From: Curvibacter sp.
GTDB lineage: Bacteria; Pseudomonadota; Gammaproteobacteria; Burkholderiales; Burkholderiaceae_C
DNA length: 64,000 nt
Reading direction: 5' to 3'
NCBI GenBank assembly: GCA_020621965.1
Contig: JAHRYV010000013.1
Coordinates: 41 to 64,040, forward strand
This document shows, piece by piece, positions 14,729 to 22,477 of this stretch. Below the pieces are notes generated by a model. That model was not told the DNA's origin, did not search any database, and worked only from the letters and a program-made list of their open reading frames with translations. A program made the translations under genes and the position numbers. Each line of letters opens with the position of its first letter. Position 1 is the stretch's first letter.

Positions 14729-15327
14729 GTTAAGACTCATCACGCCATCTATCATGGTGATAAATAGCCACGGCTGGCACGAAACCGCGCTGCGTCTTGA
14801 GCCTTTCTCGTTTCTTCTGCCTCATCAATCGACACCTTAGATGCCGCCGCGGCGAAACCAGCAGAGTCCACCCAGCGCTTGAACTCTGTTTCAGTTCGCT
14901 GGGCCACCTTCACGGCTCCGCTCCGTTTGAAGGACTTGCTACCAGCGATATGAATGTATCCTCCGAAGTCGCTTGGCGTGTAGTACTCGCCATACTTGAC
15001 AAGTGCGACCTTCTCCTTGCGAAAGTACCCGTAGAAGTACCCAAACTCGAACAGCACGTTCGGATTCACAGTTTGTACCGCTTTCCCTCGCACAACCGAC
15101 TCGGCGTCCGGAGAAAACACCAAGAGAGCACCTTGAACCTTCCCGCGAATTGCGTCGAGTTCTTCCAACAACGTTCGGCCAGGCGTAAACGCCTCCCACC
15201 AAGGGAGAAATTCGAGCTCGGTGCTTTGGAGAGCAGCTGCCAGCGCTTTGGCCTGCGACTTGGCCGCCGTCGCAGACCCTAGGAATATGAGTGTCTTGGA
15301 CATTGCTCGCTGGGCATGAGTCTTAAC
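14729..15327 (-). mobile_element. Putative solitary integron gene cassette carrying the TIR gene (attC incomplete)
   Basis: perfect 12-bp inverted repeat GTTAAGACTCAT at 14729-14740 and 15316-15327 tightly bracketing the ORF; ORF AT-richer than flanks. Confidence 0.45.
14752..15303 (-). CDS. TIR-like nucleotide-binding domain protein (CAP12/Pycsar-type TIR family)
   Basis: IFLGS, PWW..F..G.TLLE.L, NVLFEFGYF, PSDFGG motifs; start re-placed at ATG 15303. Confidence 0.8.
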   Translation of the reverse strand: MSKTLIFLGSATAAKSQAKALAAALQSTELEFLPWWEAFTPGRTLLEELDAIRGKVQGALLVFSPDAESVVRGKAVQTVNPNVLFEFGYFYGYFRKEKVALVKYGEYYTPSDFGGYIHIAGSKSFKRSGAVKVAQRTETEFKRWVDSAGFAAAASKVSIDEAEETRKAQDAARFRASRGYLSP

Positions 15328-15529
15328 GATATGGACCGCAAAAGTGCGGAATAACATCGCCGGATGTTCATCGCGTGCGCCTCCCCTGCTGTAGTCCCGT
15401 GCAAACCATATTGCAGCATTATTCATGGCGCCGTCCCGGTGGCAAGCAAGCGCATGAACGTGTCGCCCGCCGGCCACGAGCATGGCCAGGGCGCGCGGGG
15501 GAGCGCCTGCGCCCCGCTATCATCCCCCC

Positions 15530-15916
15530 ATGCTTCCCGTTCTGGCCATCTGTGTTGGCGCCTGTGCCGGCGCCCTGTTACGCTGGCGGCTGGGCCTGTG
15601 GCTCAGCACGCCGGGCTCACTGCTGCCCTGGGGCACGCTGACGGCCAATCTGGTCGGTGGTTACCTGGTCGGCGTGGCGGTGGCGGTGTTCCAGGCCCTG
15701 CCGCAGCTGGACCCGGCCTGGCGCCTGCTGCTCATCACCGGCTTTCTGGGCGCGCTGACCACTTTCTCCAGCTTCTCGGCCGAGGTGGTGGCCATGCTGA
15801 CGCAGGCGCGTTATGCACTGGCGCTGGGCACGGCGGCACTGCATCTGCTGGGCTCGCTGTTGCTGACCGTCGCCGGCATCAAGAGCGTGGAGCTGTTGCT
15901 GGCCTGGGCGCGCTGA
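15530..15916 (+). CDS. crcB: Fluoride channel FluC/CrcB
   Basis: [25 protein letters not shown]. Confidence 0.95.
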   Translation: MLPVLAICVGACAGALLRWRLGLWLSTPGSLLPWGTLTANLVGGYLVGVAVAVFQALPQLDPAWRLLLITGFLGALTTFSSFSAEVVAMLTQARYALALGTAALHLLGSLLLTVAGIKSVELLLAWAR

Positions 15917-15928
15917 GGCGGCGCGCCG

Positions 15929-16981
15929 TCAGGCCAGCCGGCTGGCCGAGGCCTCCAGCAGCGTGCGGATGTGCGGCTGCGCCGCCGCGCCGTGGGCCCG
16001 GTACAGGGCCAGCACCTGCTGGCATACAGACTGCCAGTGGGCAGCACCCCCAGCCAGTGCCCGCCCCAGGGCCTGGCCGTCGTCACCGGCGCAATACGCT
16101 TCATAGGCATGCAACAGACGCGGCGCCAGTTCGGCGCGCAGGCCCTCGAAGTTGGCGAACCAGAAATGCAGGCCGGCCGCGTCCTGGCGCTGCAGCAGCG
16201 TGGGCAGCGTCACCAGGCTGTCGGCCAGCAGGTCGCGCACGGCGCGCACATGGAGCTCGGTGCGGCGGTCGTTCAGCGCCTGGCGCATGGCGGGCCAGTC
16301 GGGGCCGAGCAGCGCGCCGGCCTGGGCCTCGCCCAGTTCGTGCAGCACCAGGGTCTCGGCCTGCTGCTGCACCATGCGCGTGACGGCCTGCTCGCCCTCT
16401 TGCGCATAACCATGGGCATCGAGCGCGCGCTTGTAGGCGCCGTCGGGGCGGCGCAGGGTCCAGGCCTCGTACTTTTCCCACAGCCAGCGCTGCAGCGCTT
16501 CGCGGCGCAGGTAGATGGTCTGGTCCTGCAGCGCGGCGGGCGGCGAGCTCAGGCCCCGCGCATACTCACGCCCGCTCACCCGCAGCAGCACACCGTCGCG
16601 CGGCTGCGCCGATTCGAGTGCGCCCAGAAAGAAGCTGGCGCGCCCCGGCGCGGTGTAGCCGGCGCCGTAGACCAGGCCCAGCGGCGCCAGTGCCGCGTTG
16701 GCGGCCTGCACGTCGAAGGGGTCGACCGCGCCGTCGGCCAGCGGCAGCGCGCGGAAGGCCTGCCCCTCCAGCCCGTCCCACAGGGCTTCACGCGCGCTGA
16801 GCCAGGCCCCAACGGCTTCGCGCGCCATGGGCTGCAGCGGCGCCAGGCCCAGCTCCCAGCGGTAGAACTCGCGCATCTGCAGCAGGTAGATGCACAACGT
16901 CATGTCGGCCGCGTGGGCAGCGTCAGCGATGTGGCAGTTGGTCTGTACGGCCTCGATGAGGGCGCGGTCGGGGGCATTCAT
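15929..16981 (-). CDS. Sfum_1244-like conserved protein of unknown function
   Basis: VQxNCHIADA...YLLQMREFYRWE N-terminus; VLHELGE motif; last gene of operon divergent from dsrA. Confidence 0.7.
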   Translation of the reverse strand: MNAPDRALIEAVQTNCHIADAAHAADMTLCIYLLQMREFYRWELGLAPLQPMAREAVGAWLSAREALWDGLEGQAFRALPLADGAVDPFDVQAANAALAPLGLVYGAGYTAPGRASFFLGALESAQPRDGVLLRVSGREYARGLSSPPAALQDQTIYLRREALQRWLWEKYEAWTLRRPDGAYKRALDAHGYAQEGEQAVTRMVQQQAETLVLHELGEAQAGALLGPDWPAMRQALNDRRTELHVRAVRDLLADSLVTLPTLLQRQDAAGLHFWFANFEGLRAELAPRLLHAYEAYCAGDDGQALGRALAGGAAHWQSVCQQVLALYRAHGAAAQPHIRTLLEASASRLA

Positions 16982-17427
16982 GGGCTGGACTCCGGCGGCG
17001 GCGACCTTCTGCGCGGCTGCCAGGCGACGATGCGGGCCACGATGTCGGGCCAGGGCAGCTCGGTCAGGCTGTCGTGCGCTTGCTGAGCCTGGCTGATGAG
17101 GCGGTGCACGTCGGCTTTGTCCGCGCCCAGCGTCTCTTGCAGACCCTGCAGGCCGCCGCAGTGCAGGCGCATGACGGTGGCATGGGTCAGCGGCGCGCCG
17201 GGGTGCAGCTTCAGGGGAAAGGTGGCGCGCTCCAGGAACAGGCGCTCCAGCGTCTCGCAGTTCAGATGCGCCGGCGCGCTGCGGCAGGCCAGGGTTTCGC
17301 GCTCGGCCAGCGAGCGGCGCTGGACCAGCTCACATTCGGCGTGGCGCGCCAGCAGGGCGGCATGGAAGACGCAGGGCAAGGGGTTGGCCTGATCGCGTGT
17401 GCGCCGGTATTCGGCTTCATCGACCAC
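16978..17427 (-). CDS. Cys-rich hypothetical protein
   Basis: GTG start with GAGGGG RBS; five Cys (PCVF...HCGG); 4-bp overlap with downstream gene. Confidence 0.7.
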   Translation of the reverse strand: MVDEAEYRRTRDQANPLPCVFHAALLARHAECELVQRRSLAERETLACRSAPAHLNCETLERLFLERATFPLKLHPGAPLTHATVMRLHCGGLQGLQETLGADKADVHRLISQAQQAHDSLTELPWPDIVARIVAWQPRRRSPPPESSP

Positions 17428-17441
17428 GGCCTGTTCCCCTC

Positions 17442-17660
17442 TTATTCTTCGCCGGGCGGGCCGGGTTCGCGCACCTGGCACAGCAGGTCTTCGGCCATCA
17501 GCTCGTTGTCGGCGAAGATGACCTTGATCCGGTCGCGCGTGTTCGCGTCCAGGCCGGAGCGCAGGATCTTGGCCTGGGCCGAGGCCGGGGCAAAGGCGCC
17601 GTGCTCGGCCAGCTTTTCCAGGCCGGCGAAGGATTTGACGCGGTAGATGTAATACGGCAC
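17442..17660 (-). CDS. Small hypothetical protein
   Basis: 72 aa, AGGA RBS, fills the operon gap exactly. Confidence 0.7.
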   Translation of the reverse strand: MPYYIYRVKSFAGLEKLAEHGAFAPASAQAKILRSGLDANTRDRIKVIFADNELMAEDLLCQVREPGPPGEE

Positions 17661-17670
17661 GGAGCTTTCC

Positions 17671-18018
17671 TTAGACGTAACGTTTGCTGGCGCGGCGGCG
17701 GCCCGGCAGCGACTTCTGGATGATGACGCCGCGCACGGCCGAGAGATCGGCCAGCGCGAGATCGGCGAAGGCCGGGTTCAGCGCGTGCAGCGTCCAGCCC
17801 CCCGCGTTCGCGGCCTTGCACAGCTGGCGGAAGATCCATTCGCCCTCGTGCTGGGCCAGCACGTAGCTGCCATCGCGCAGCGCGCCGTCGGGCTCGATGA
17901 TGATGATTTCGCCCTCGTTGAACTCGGGCTCCATGCTGGTGCCCAGCACGCGCAGGGCAAAGGCCTCGCTGCCGCTGCAGGCGGTGTCTTCCATCATGGG
18001 AGTGGCCAGAGCGCTCAT
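17671..18018 (-). CDS. Stand-alone S24-family (LexA/UmuD C-terminal) peptidase-like protein
   Basis: FALRVLGTSMEPEFNEGEIIII.P; ATGA overlap with upstream gene; no HTH. Confidence 0.8.
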   Translation of the reverse strand: MSALATPMMEDTACSGSEAFALRVLGTSMEPEFNEGEIIIIEPDGALRDGSYVLAQHEGEWIFRQLCKAANAGGWTLHALNPAFADLALADLSAVRGVIIQKSLPGRRRASKRYV

Positions 18019-19514
18019 GCGGTCTCCCCCACCGGTTCCAGCAGCACATTGGTGTGGATCTGCGCCGCCGGCACGCCCGAGGCGCGCAGCTCGGCCCGCA
18101 GGGCGCTGACGAAGGCCTCGGGGCCGGCGAGGTAGAACTCGCACTCGATGTCGAACAGGTCGGCGCGCATGGCCGCGGCCAGCTGGGCGGCGCCGAAGGT
18201 GATGTCGGGCTCGGCCAGCAGCTCGTATTCGAACTGGTCCAGCGCCTCGCCCCAGGCGCGGCACTGGTTCTCCAGAAAGTGGCCGTCGGGTTTGGTGGCC
18301 AGCCAGAACAGCGAGAGCGAGGGCGCGGCGTCCAGCGCCAGCGCGTGCTCGATCAGGCTCTTGATGGGCGCAAACCCGGCGTCGCAGGCGGCAAACACCA
18401 GCGGGCGCTGGCTGTCGGCCAGCACGAACTCGCCCACCGGGCCCCAGACCGTGACCGCGTCGCCGGCTTTGATGCCGTCGGCAAACAGCTGGCGCGCAAA
18501 GGGGTCGAGCGCGTGGCGCTCGATAAAAAAATGCAGGTTGCGGTCGTCGCAGGGGCAGCTGGCCACCGGGTACAGGGCGTGCACGTCGCGGCCATCAGGA
18601 CGGCTCACGCCCAGCGTGACCGACTGCCCGGCCAGGAAACGCAGGCGGTGGCTGCGCGGCGTCTGCAGGTGCAGCAGCCGCGTACCGGGCGCCAGCTGGG
18701 TGACGGCGCGCACGCTGGTGACGATCTGCTGCTGCGGGATGTCCTGCGGGCCGCCGGCCTCCAGCAGCTCCAGCGTGAGCTCGCTGCTGCCGGCCGTGTG
18801 CGCGCACATCAGGGTGTAGCCCTGGGCGCGCTCGGCTTCGGACATGGGGTAGTCGCAGGGTTGGGTGCGCACCACGTCGCCGGAGATGACCCGCACCTTG
18901 CACATGCCGCAGGTGCCGTTGCCGCAGCCGTAGTTGAGCTTGAGGCCGGCGCGCAGGCCGGCCTGCAGCAGGGTGTCGTGGCCCTCGACGGTGAATTCGT
19001 GGCCGCTGGGGCGCACCGTCACCTGTGCAGACATGACTTTGAGCATATCGTCCATCACCGTCAGCAGATCGGCCTGTTCGGTGGCCAGTGCCGCAGCCAG
19101 GCCTTCGTCGACGAAATCCTGCAGCTCGGCGAGCTCCAGGGGCGTGGCGCCCTTGGCCTGCAGCGCATGCAGGCGGTCCTGCAGGGCCACCACCAGCCCG
19201 TGGTAGCGCTGCAGGTGGCGGCGCACGTCGGCCAGTTCCTGGGTCTGGTTGAACAGGCGCGTGGCCAGCACCTCCTGGCTGGGCAGCAGGCGCTCGCGCA
19301 GGCGGCGGCCGAAGGCCTCGTCGCGGATGGTGGTCACGCGCTCCAGGATGCCCGTGTCCTCCAGCTGGGTGGCCGGGTACAGGCGCAGCAGTTCGTCGGT
19401 GGAGACCAGGCCTTCGGTGAGCACCAGCGAGCCGTCGCGGACCTGCTGCTGCAACACCCCGCGCGAGACCCCCACCAGTTGGGCGGCGCGCCAGACGGTA
19501 AGCCAGTGTGTCAT
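18015..19514 (-). CDS. HTH-like + [2Fe-2S] ferredoxin + FAD/NAD-binding reductase-like fusion
   Basis: N-terminal AAQLVGVSR HTH-like segment; CGNGTCGMC...LMC; FLAGQ and GPVGEF FNR motifs. Confidence 0.85.
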   Translation of the reverse strand: MTHWLTVWRAAQLVGVSRGVLQQQVRDGSLVLTEGLVSTDELLRLYPATQLEDTGILERVTTIRDEAFGRRLRERLLPSQEVLATRLFNQTQELADVRRHLQRYHGLVVALQDRLHALQAKGATPLELAELQDFVDEGLAAALATEQADLLTVMDDMLKVMSAQVTVRPSGHEFTVEGHDTLLQAGLRAGLKLNYGCGNGTCGMCKVRVISGDVVRTQPCDYPMSEAERAQGYTLMCAHTAGSSELTLELLEAGGPQDIPQQQIVTSVRAVTQLAPGTRLLHLQTPRSHRLRFLAGQSVTLGVSRPDGRDVHALYPVASCPCDDRNLHFFIERHALDPFARQLFADGIKAGDAVTVWGPVGEFVLADSQRPLVFAACDAGFAPIKSLIEHALALDAAPSLSLFWLATKPDGHFLENQCRAWGEALDQFEYELLAEPDITFGAAQLAAAMRADLFDIECEFYLAGPEAFVSALRAELRASGVPAAQIHTNVLLEPVGETA

Positions 19515-20431
19515 GCGGTGACCTCCTCTTGCGGCGCCGTGAGGCGTTCGTCCATCACGTGATCGAGGTAACGCGCACGGTACAGCAGGCGCGGCTGGCG
19601 CGGGTCGTCCGTGAAGCCGCTGCGCTCATGCGGCACGTTGTTGGCCACGATGCCCATGCCCGGGCGCAGCAGCAGGCGAAACACCCAGGGCGGGTCGCCG
19701 GCCAGCAGCTGCTCGATGGCGGCCACGGCGGCGCGCGTGGCGGGCTCGTCCTTCCATTCGATGCTGCGGGTGCGCGCGGTGTAGCGCATCTGCAGCCCGC
19801 CGTCGTGCCGCAGATAAAAGACGGGACCGCTTTGCGCCGGCCGCGCCACGCCCTGCTCGTCGGCGCGCGCGGGGATGGTCATGGCGTCAGGGGCCATGAG
19901 GGCGCGCACCCACTCGGGGTTGGCTTCGCGCAGCGCCAGGTAGACCATCTCGTGGTCCACCAGGCGGCTGACGCCGCCCTCGCCGGCGTTGCGCACGCAG
20001 TGCACGATCATGCCTTCGATGCGTCGGGCCTGCGGGTGGTAATAACCGTCGGTGTGCCACTTGATCGGCTTGTCGGTGTAGGGGATGAACTCGCCTTTCG
20101 GGCCGCCCTCCTCCTGCGGCGCGACCGCGATGGAGGAGATGCCGTCCTCGTCGGCCAGCCAGTTGGCGTCGAGCCGGTGCAGGCCCAGCTGCGCGCCCAG
20201 CAGGCGCGGCAGCTCCTTGTCTTCCACCGTCACCGGGCTGCGGTAGACGGCCATGTTGGTGCGTGCACACAGCGCCAGGATGGCCCGGCGCTCGGCGGCC
20301 GTCAGGGCGCGCGGATCGGCCACGTCGACGATGAGCTCCTCGGCGCGCCGGGGATGCGACGCCAGCTTGGCGGCGCGCCAGCGCGCGTAGAGCGCGGGCT
20401 GGTCCAGATCGAAGGGGCTCGGTGCACGCAT
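19511..20431 (-). CDS. TauD/TfdA-family Fe(II)/2-oxoglutarate dioxygenase
   Basis: WHTDG (HxD) and NNVPHERS distal His/Arg; start re-placed at ATG 20431. Confidence 0.85.
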   Translation of the reverse strand: MRAPSPFDLDQPALYARWRAAKLASHPRRAEELIVDVADPRALTAAERRAILALCARTNMAVYRSPVTVEDKELPRLLGAQLGLHRLDANWLADEDGISSIAVAPQEEGGPKGEFIPYTDKPIKWHTDGYYHPQARRIEGMIVHCVRNAGEGGVSRLVDHEMVYLALREANPEWVRALMAPDAMTIPARADEQGVARPAQSGPVFYLRHDGGLQMRYTARTRSIEWKDEPATRAAVAAIEQLLAGDPPWVFRLLLRPGMGIVANNVPHERSGFTDDPRQPRLLYRARYLDHVMDERLTAPQEEVTA

Positions 20432-20433
20432 GT

Positions 20434-21042
20434 TCAGTCTCCGCTTATGCCGGCGCGGCGCTTGGGGCGTGGCTCGGTCGACAGCACGCCGTCCATGCCG
20501 CGCTTGACCATCTCCAGCGCCTCGGGCACCTCGTAGGCCATCACCTGGTCCTTGACCCAATGCCGGTCCTTCTCGGGCAGCACGGCCTCCAGCCGGCTGC
20601 CGAGGTAACGCACAAAGGCGAAGTCCGGCCCCTCTGGCCCGTGGCCGAACTCGGCGTAGGCCTCGGTCGCCTCGTTGTACTGGTCGATGAACTGGTTGCG
20701 CCAGCGCTCCTGGCCGGTGGGCGGCTCGCCCAGCCACTCCTGCTCGCTCTCCTCCAGGATCTCGGCCACACGCACGACCAGGGCACTGGTGAACCCGGCG
20801 CGCTGCTCGCCCGACATGCGCGCGAACGCCATGCGGTCGACCACCTGGCAGAGGAAGACCAGCACCTCACGCATGAAGGCGAAGTACTGCGGCCCGACGT
20901 CGATGTCGAACTTCGCATCCCGCATCTGCTTGACCATGTTCTGCGTGACGCGCCAGGTGATGAAAGCCACCGCGCTGGCGTTCTCCTGCGGCGTCTTCGG
21001 CCGCCCCTCGTTGAACCACTGGTTCTTGATGCGCAGTGCCAT
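20434..21042 (-). CDS. dsrS: DsrS-like protein
   Basis: MALRIKNQW...ASAVAFITWR...DRHWV.DQVM.E.PE pattern recalled for DsrS; next to the dsr cluster. Confidence 0.7.
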   Translation of the reverse strand: MALRIKNQWFNEGRPKTPQENASAVAFITWRVTQNMVKQMRDAKFDIDVGPQYFAFMREVLVFLCQVVDRMAFARMSGEQRAGFTSALVVRVAEILEESEQEWLGEPPTGQERWRNQFIDQYNEATEAYAEFGHGPEGPDFAFVRYLGSRLEAVLPEKDRHWVKDQVMAYEVPEALEMVKRGMDGVLSTEPRPKRRAGISGD

Positions 21043-21065
21043 GATGGTCTCTCGTTCTCTTCAGT

Positions 21066-21198
21066 GGGCCCGTCGCGCAAGAGCCGAGAAGCCCCGCACG
21101 AGATGACCCAGGCGGGAAACGCCGTGGAACGGGCTTCGCCCGGCCACTGGCGTTGTCCCCCCTTGGGGGGAAGGCGGCGAAGCCGACACAGGGGGGTT
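21066..21198 (-). repeat. Multi-hairpin REP-like / structured RNA intergenic element
   Basis: stem-loops GGGCGAAGCCC, TCCCCCCAAGGGGGGA, GGCTTCGCC and a G-U-rich stem at 21066-21109. Confidence 0.55.
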
Positions 21199-21202
21199 CA
21201 CT

Positions 21203-21535
21203 TCAATACCCGCCCTTGCCCAAGGGCTGCGGCAGCCCGGCCACCTTGGCCGCCTGCTTGGCCGGGCCCAGCGGAAACAGGTCGTACAGGTACTTGCTGT
21301 CCACATCCCCGTCGCGGTTCTCGTTGAAACCCTTGAGCATGTTGCGGAAATTCGGCGTGTGGCCGTTTTCCCTGTACTCGTCGCGCATGTAGTTGATGAC
21401 TTCCCAGTGGGCGTCGGTCAGCTTGATGCCTTCGGCTGCGGCAATCACCTGCACCGCCTCCTCGCTGTAGTCGGGTTCGAGCAGGTAGCCCTCGTTGTCG
21501 GTCTCGAGTTCGGTGCCGTTCACGCTGTATGCCAT
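21203..21535 (-). CDS. DsrC/TusE-family paralogue lacking both C-terminal Cys (RspA-type)
   Basis: ETDNEGYL...HWEVINYMR...YLYDLFP.GPAKQAAKVAGLP; ends GGY, not GCV. Confidence 0.9.
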   Translation of the reverse strand: MAYSVNGTELETDNEGYLLEPDYSEEAVQVIAAAEGIKLTDAHWEVINYMRDEYRENGHTPNFRNMLKGFNENRDGDVDSKYLYDLFPLGPAKQAAKVAGLPQPLGKGGY

Positions 21536-21572
21536 TGCCTATGTCTCCTTTTGTCGTTGGTTGCACGGAAAT

Positions 21573-22202
21573 CTATTCGCCCACCGCCGCGGCCGACTTG
21601 TGCGGCACGAACACGCCGCAGCCCAGCAGGCGGTACGGGCCCAGGCCCTGCTCCTGCACACGCAGCGAGTCCGCAGCGCTCAGCGCATGCAGCATCAGGC
21701 TGAAGGTGGTCAGGCTGCGCCCGCCCAGGGGGCGCTCGCCGCGTTTGCCGCAGACGGTCTGCGTGCGCACGCCCAGCGCCTGCAACTCGCCGGCCACGGT
21801 CTGCATGAAGGCCGCCTCGTCCGCGCCTTCGGCGGCGACGGCGTAGGCGTAGAGCGTGGCGTGCGGCAGCAGCTCGCGCTCGTGCGGCTCGCCCAGCTGC
21901 AGGGGGTGTCCGTCCACCGCCAGGGTGCGGCCCATCAGGCCACGGGCCGCCGCCACGCGCTCGCGCGGCAGGCGCAGCAGCAGCCGGGTGCGCGCCGACA
22001 GCAGGCACACGGGGCCGGGTGTGGAGCCCTGCACCAGCTTGAGCGGGTGGATGCCGGTGCGCGCCTCCTGCGCCAGCCAGGGCAACTCCTGTTGCAGCGC
22101 AGCATGCAGCGCCTGGGTGTAGTCGCGCGGCACGCTGCGACCCGTCAGCGGGAAGACCAGGTCGACGACGCTGGCCGGGGACAGGTCGGCCTCGAAGCTC
22201 AT
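21573..22202 (-). CDS. cas6: Orphan Cas6-like (type I-MYXAN Cas6/Cmx6 family) RAMP protein
   Basis: VDLVFPL.G..VP.DY, LS.RTRL.LRLP and C-terminal G-rich loop GLGPYRLLGCGVFVP. Confidence 0.8.
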   Translation of the reverse strand: MSFEADLSPASVVDLVFPLTGRSVPRDYTQALHAALQQELPWLAQEARTGIHPLKLVQGSTPGPVCLLSARTRLLLRLPRERVAAARGLMGRTLAVDGHPLQLGEPHERELLPHATLYAYAVAAEGADEAAFMQTVAGELQALGVRTQTVCGKRGERPLGGRSLTTFSLMLHALSAADSLRVQEQGLGPYRLLGCGVFVPHKSAAAVGE

Positions 22203-22426
22203 GGTGTCTCCGTCTCGCGCGCCTGTTTGCCGGCCCAGTCCAGCAGGGCGCGGCCCCAGGCCTCGGCCGTGGCGGGGTCGATGTCGAAGATGGTGAAGCG
22301 GGATTTCTCGCGGATGCGCGTGCGCAGGAAGCTCATGCCGCCGGTGTCGAAGTCCACCTGCTGCAGCTCGATTTCCTGTCCGCCTAGCGGCACCCGGAGT
22401 TTTTCCAGCGGGGTGATCTGGGTCAT
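22199..22426 (-). CDS. Small conserved hypothetical protein, first gene of the divergent operon
   Basis: GGAG RBS, 75 aa, LRTRIREKSRFTIFDID motif, ATGA coupling to cas6-like gene. Confidence 0.75.
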   Translation of the reverse strand: MTQITPLEKLRVPLGGQEIELQQVDFDTGGMSFLRTRIREKSRFTIFDIDPATAEAWGRALLDWAGKQARETETP

Positions 22427-22477
22427 GTCTCCGTCTTGTTTCTGGCCGCCGTCGGGCGCGCGGCCGTGTTCGATGCT

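Noticed and set aside
14681-14736. Intact attC site (GTCTTAAC...GTTGGAC on minus strand)
   Set aside because: Core sites are present but the inner L boxes do not pair; kept only as a remnant hypothesis
14752-15303. Complete CBASS, Pycsar or Thoeris system
   Set aside because: Only the TIR gene is present; no cyclase or partner effector adjacent
15330-15529. Fluoride riboswitch upstream of crcB
   Set aside because: No GGCGATGG...TAATGAC-type consensus found; TATCAT 6 nt before the ATG suggests a leaderless start instead
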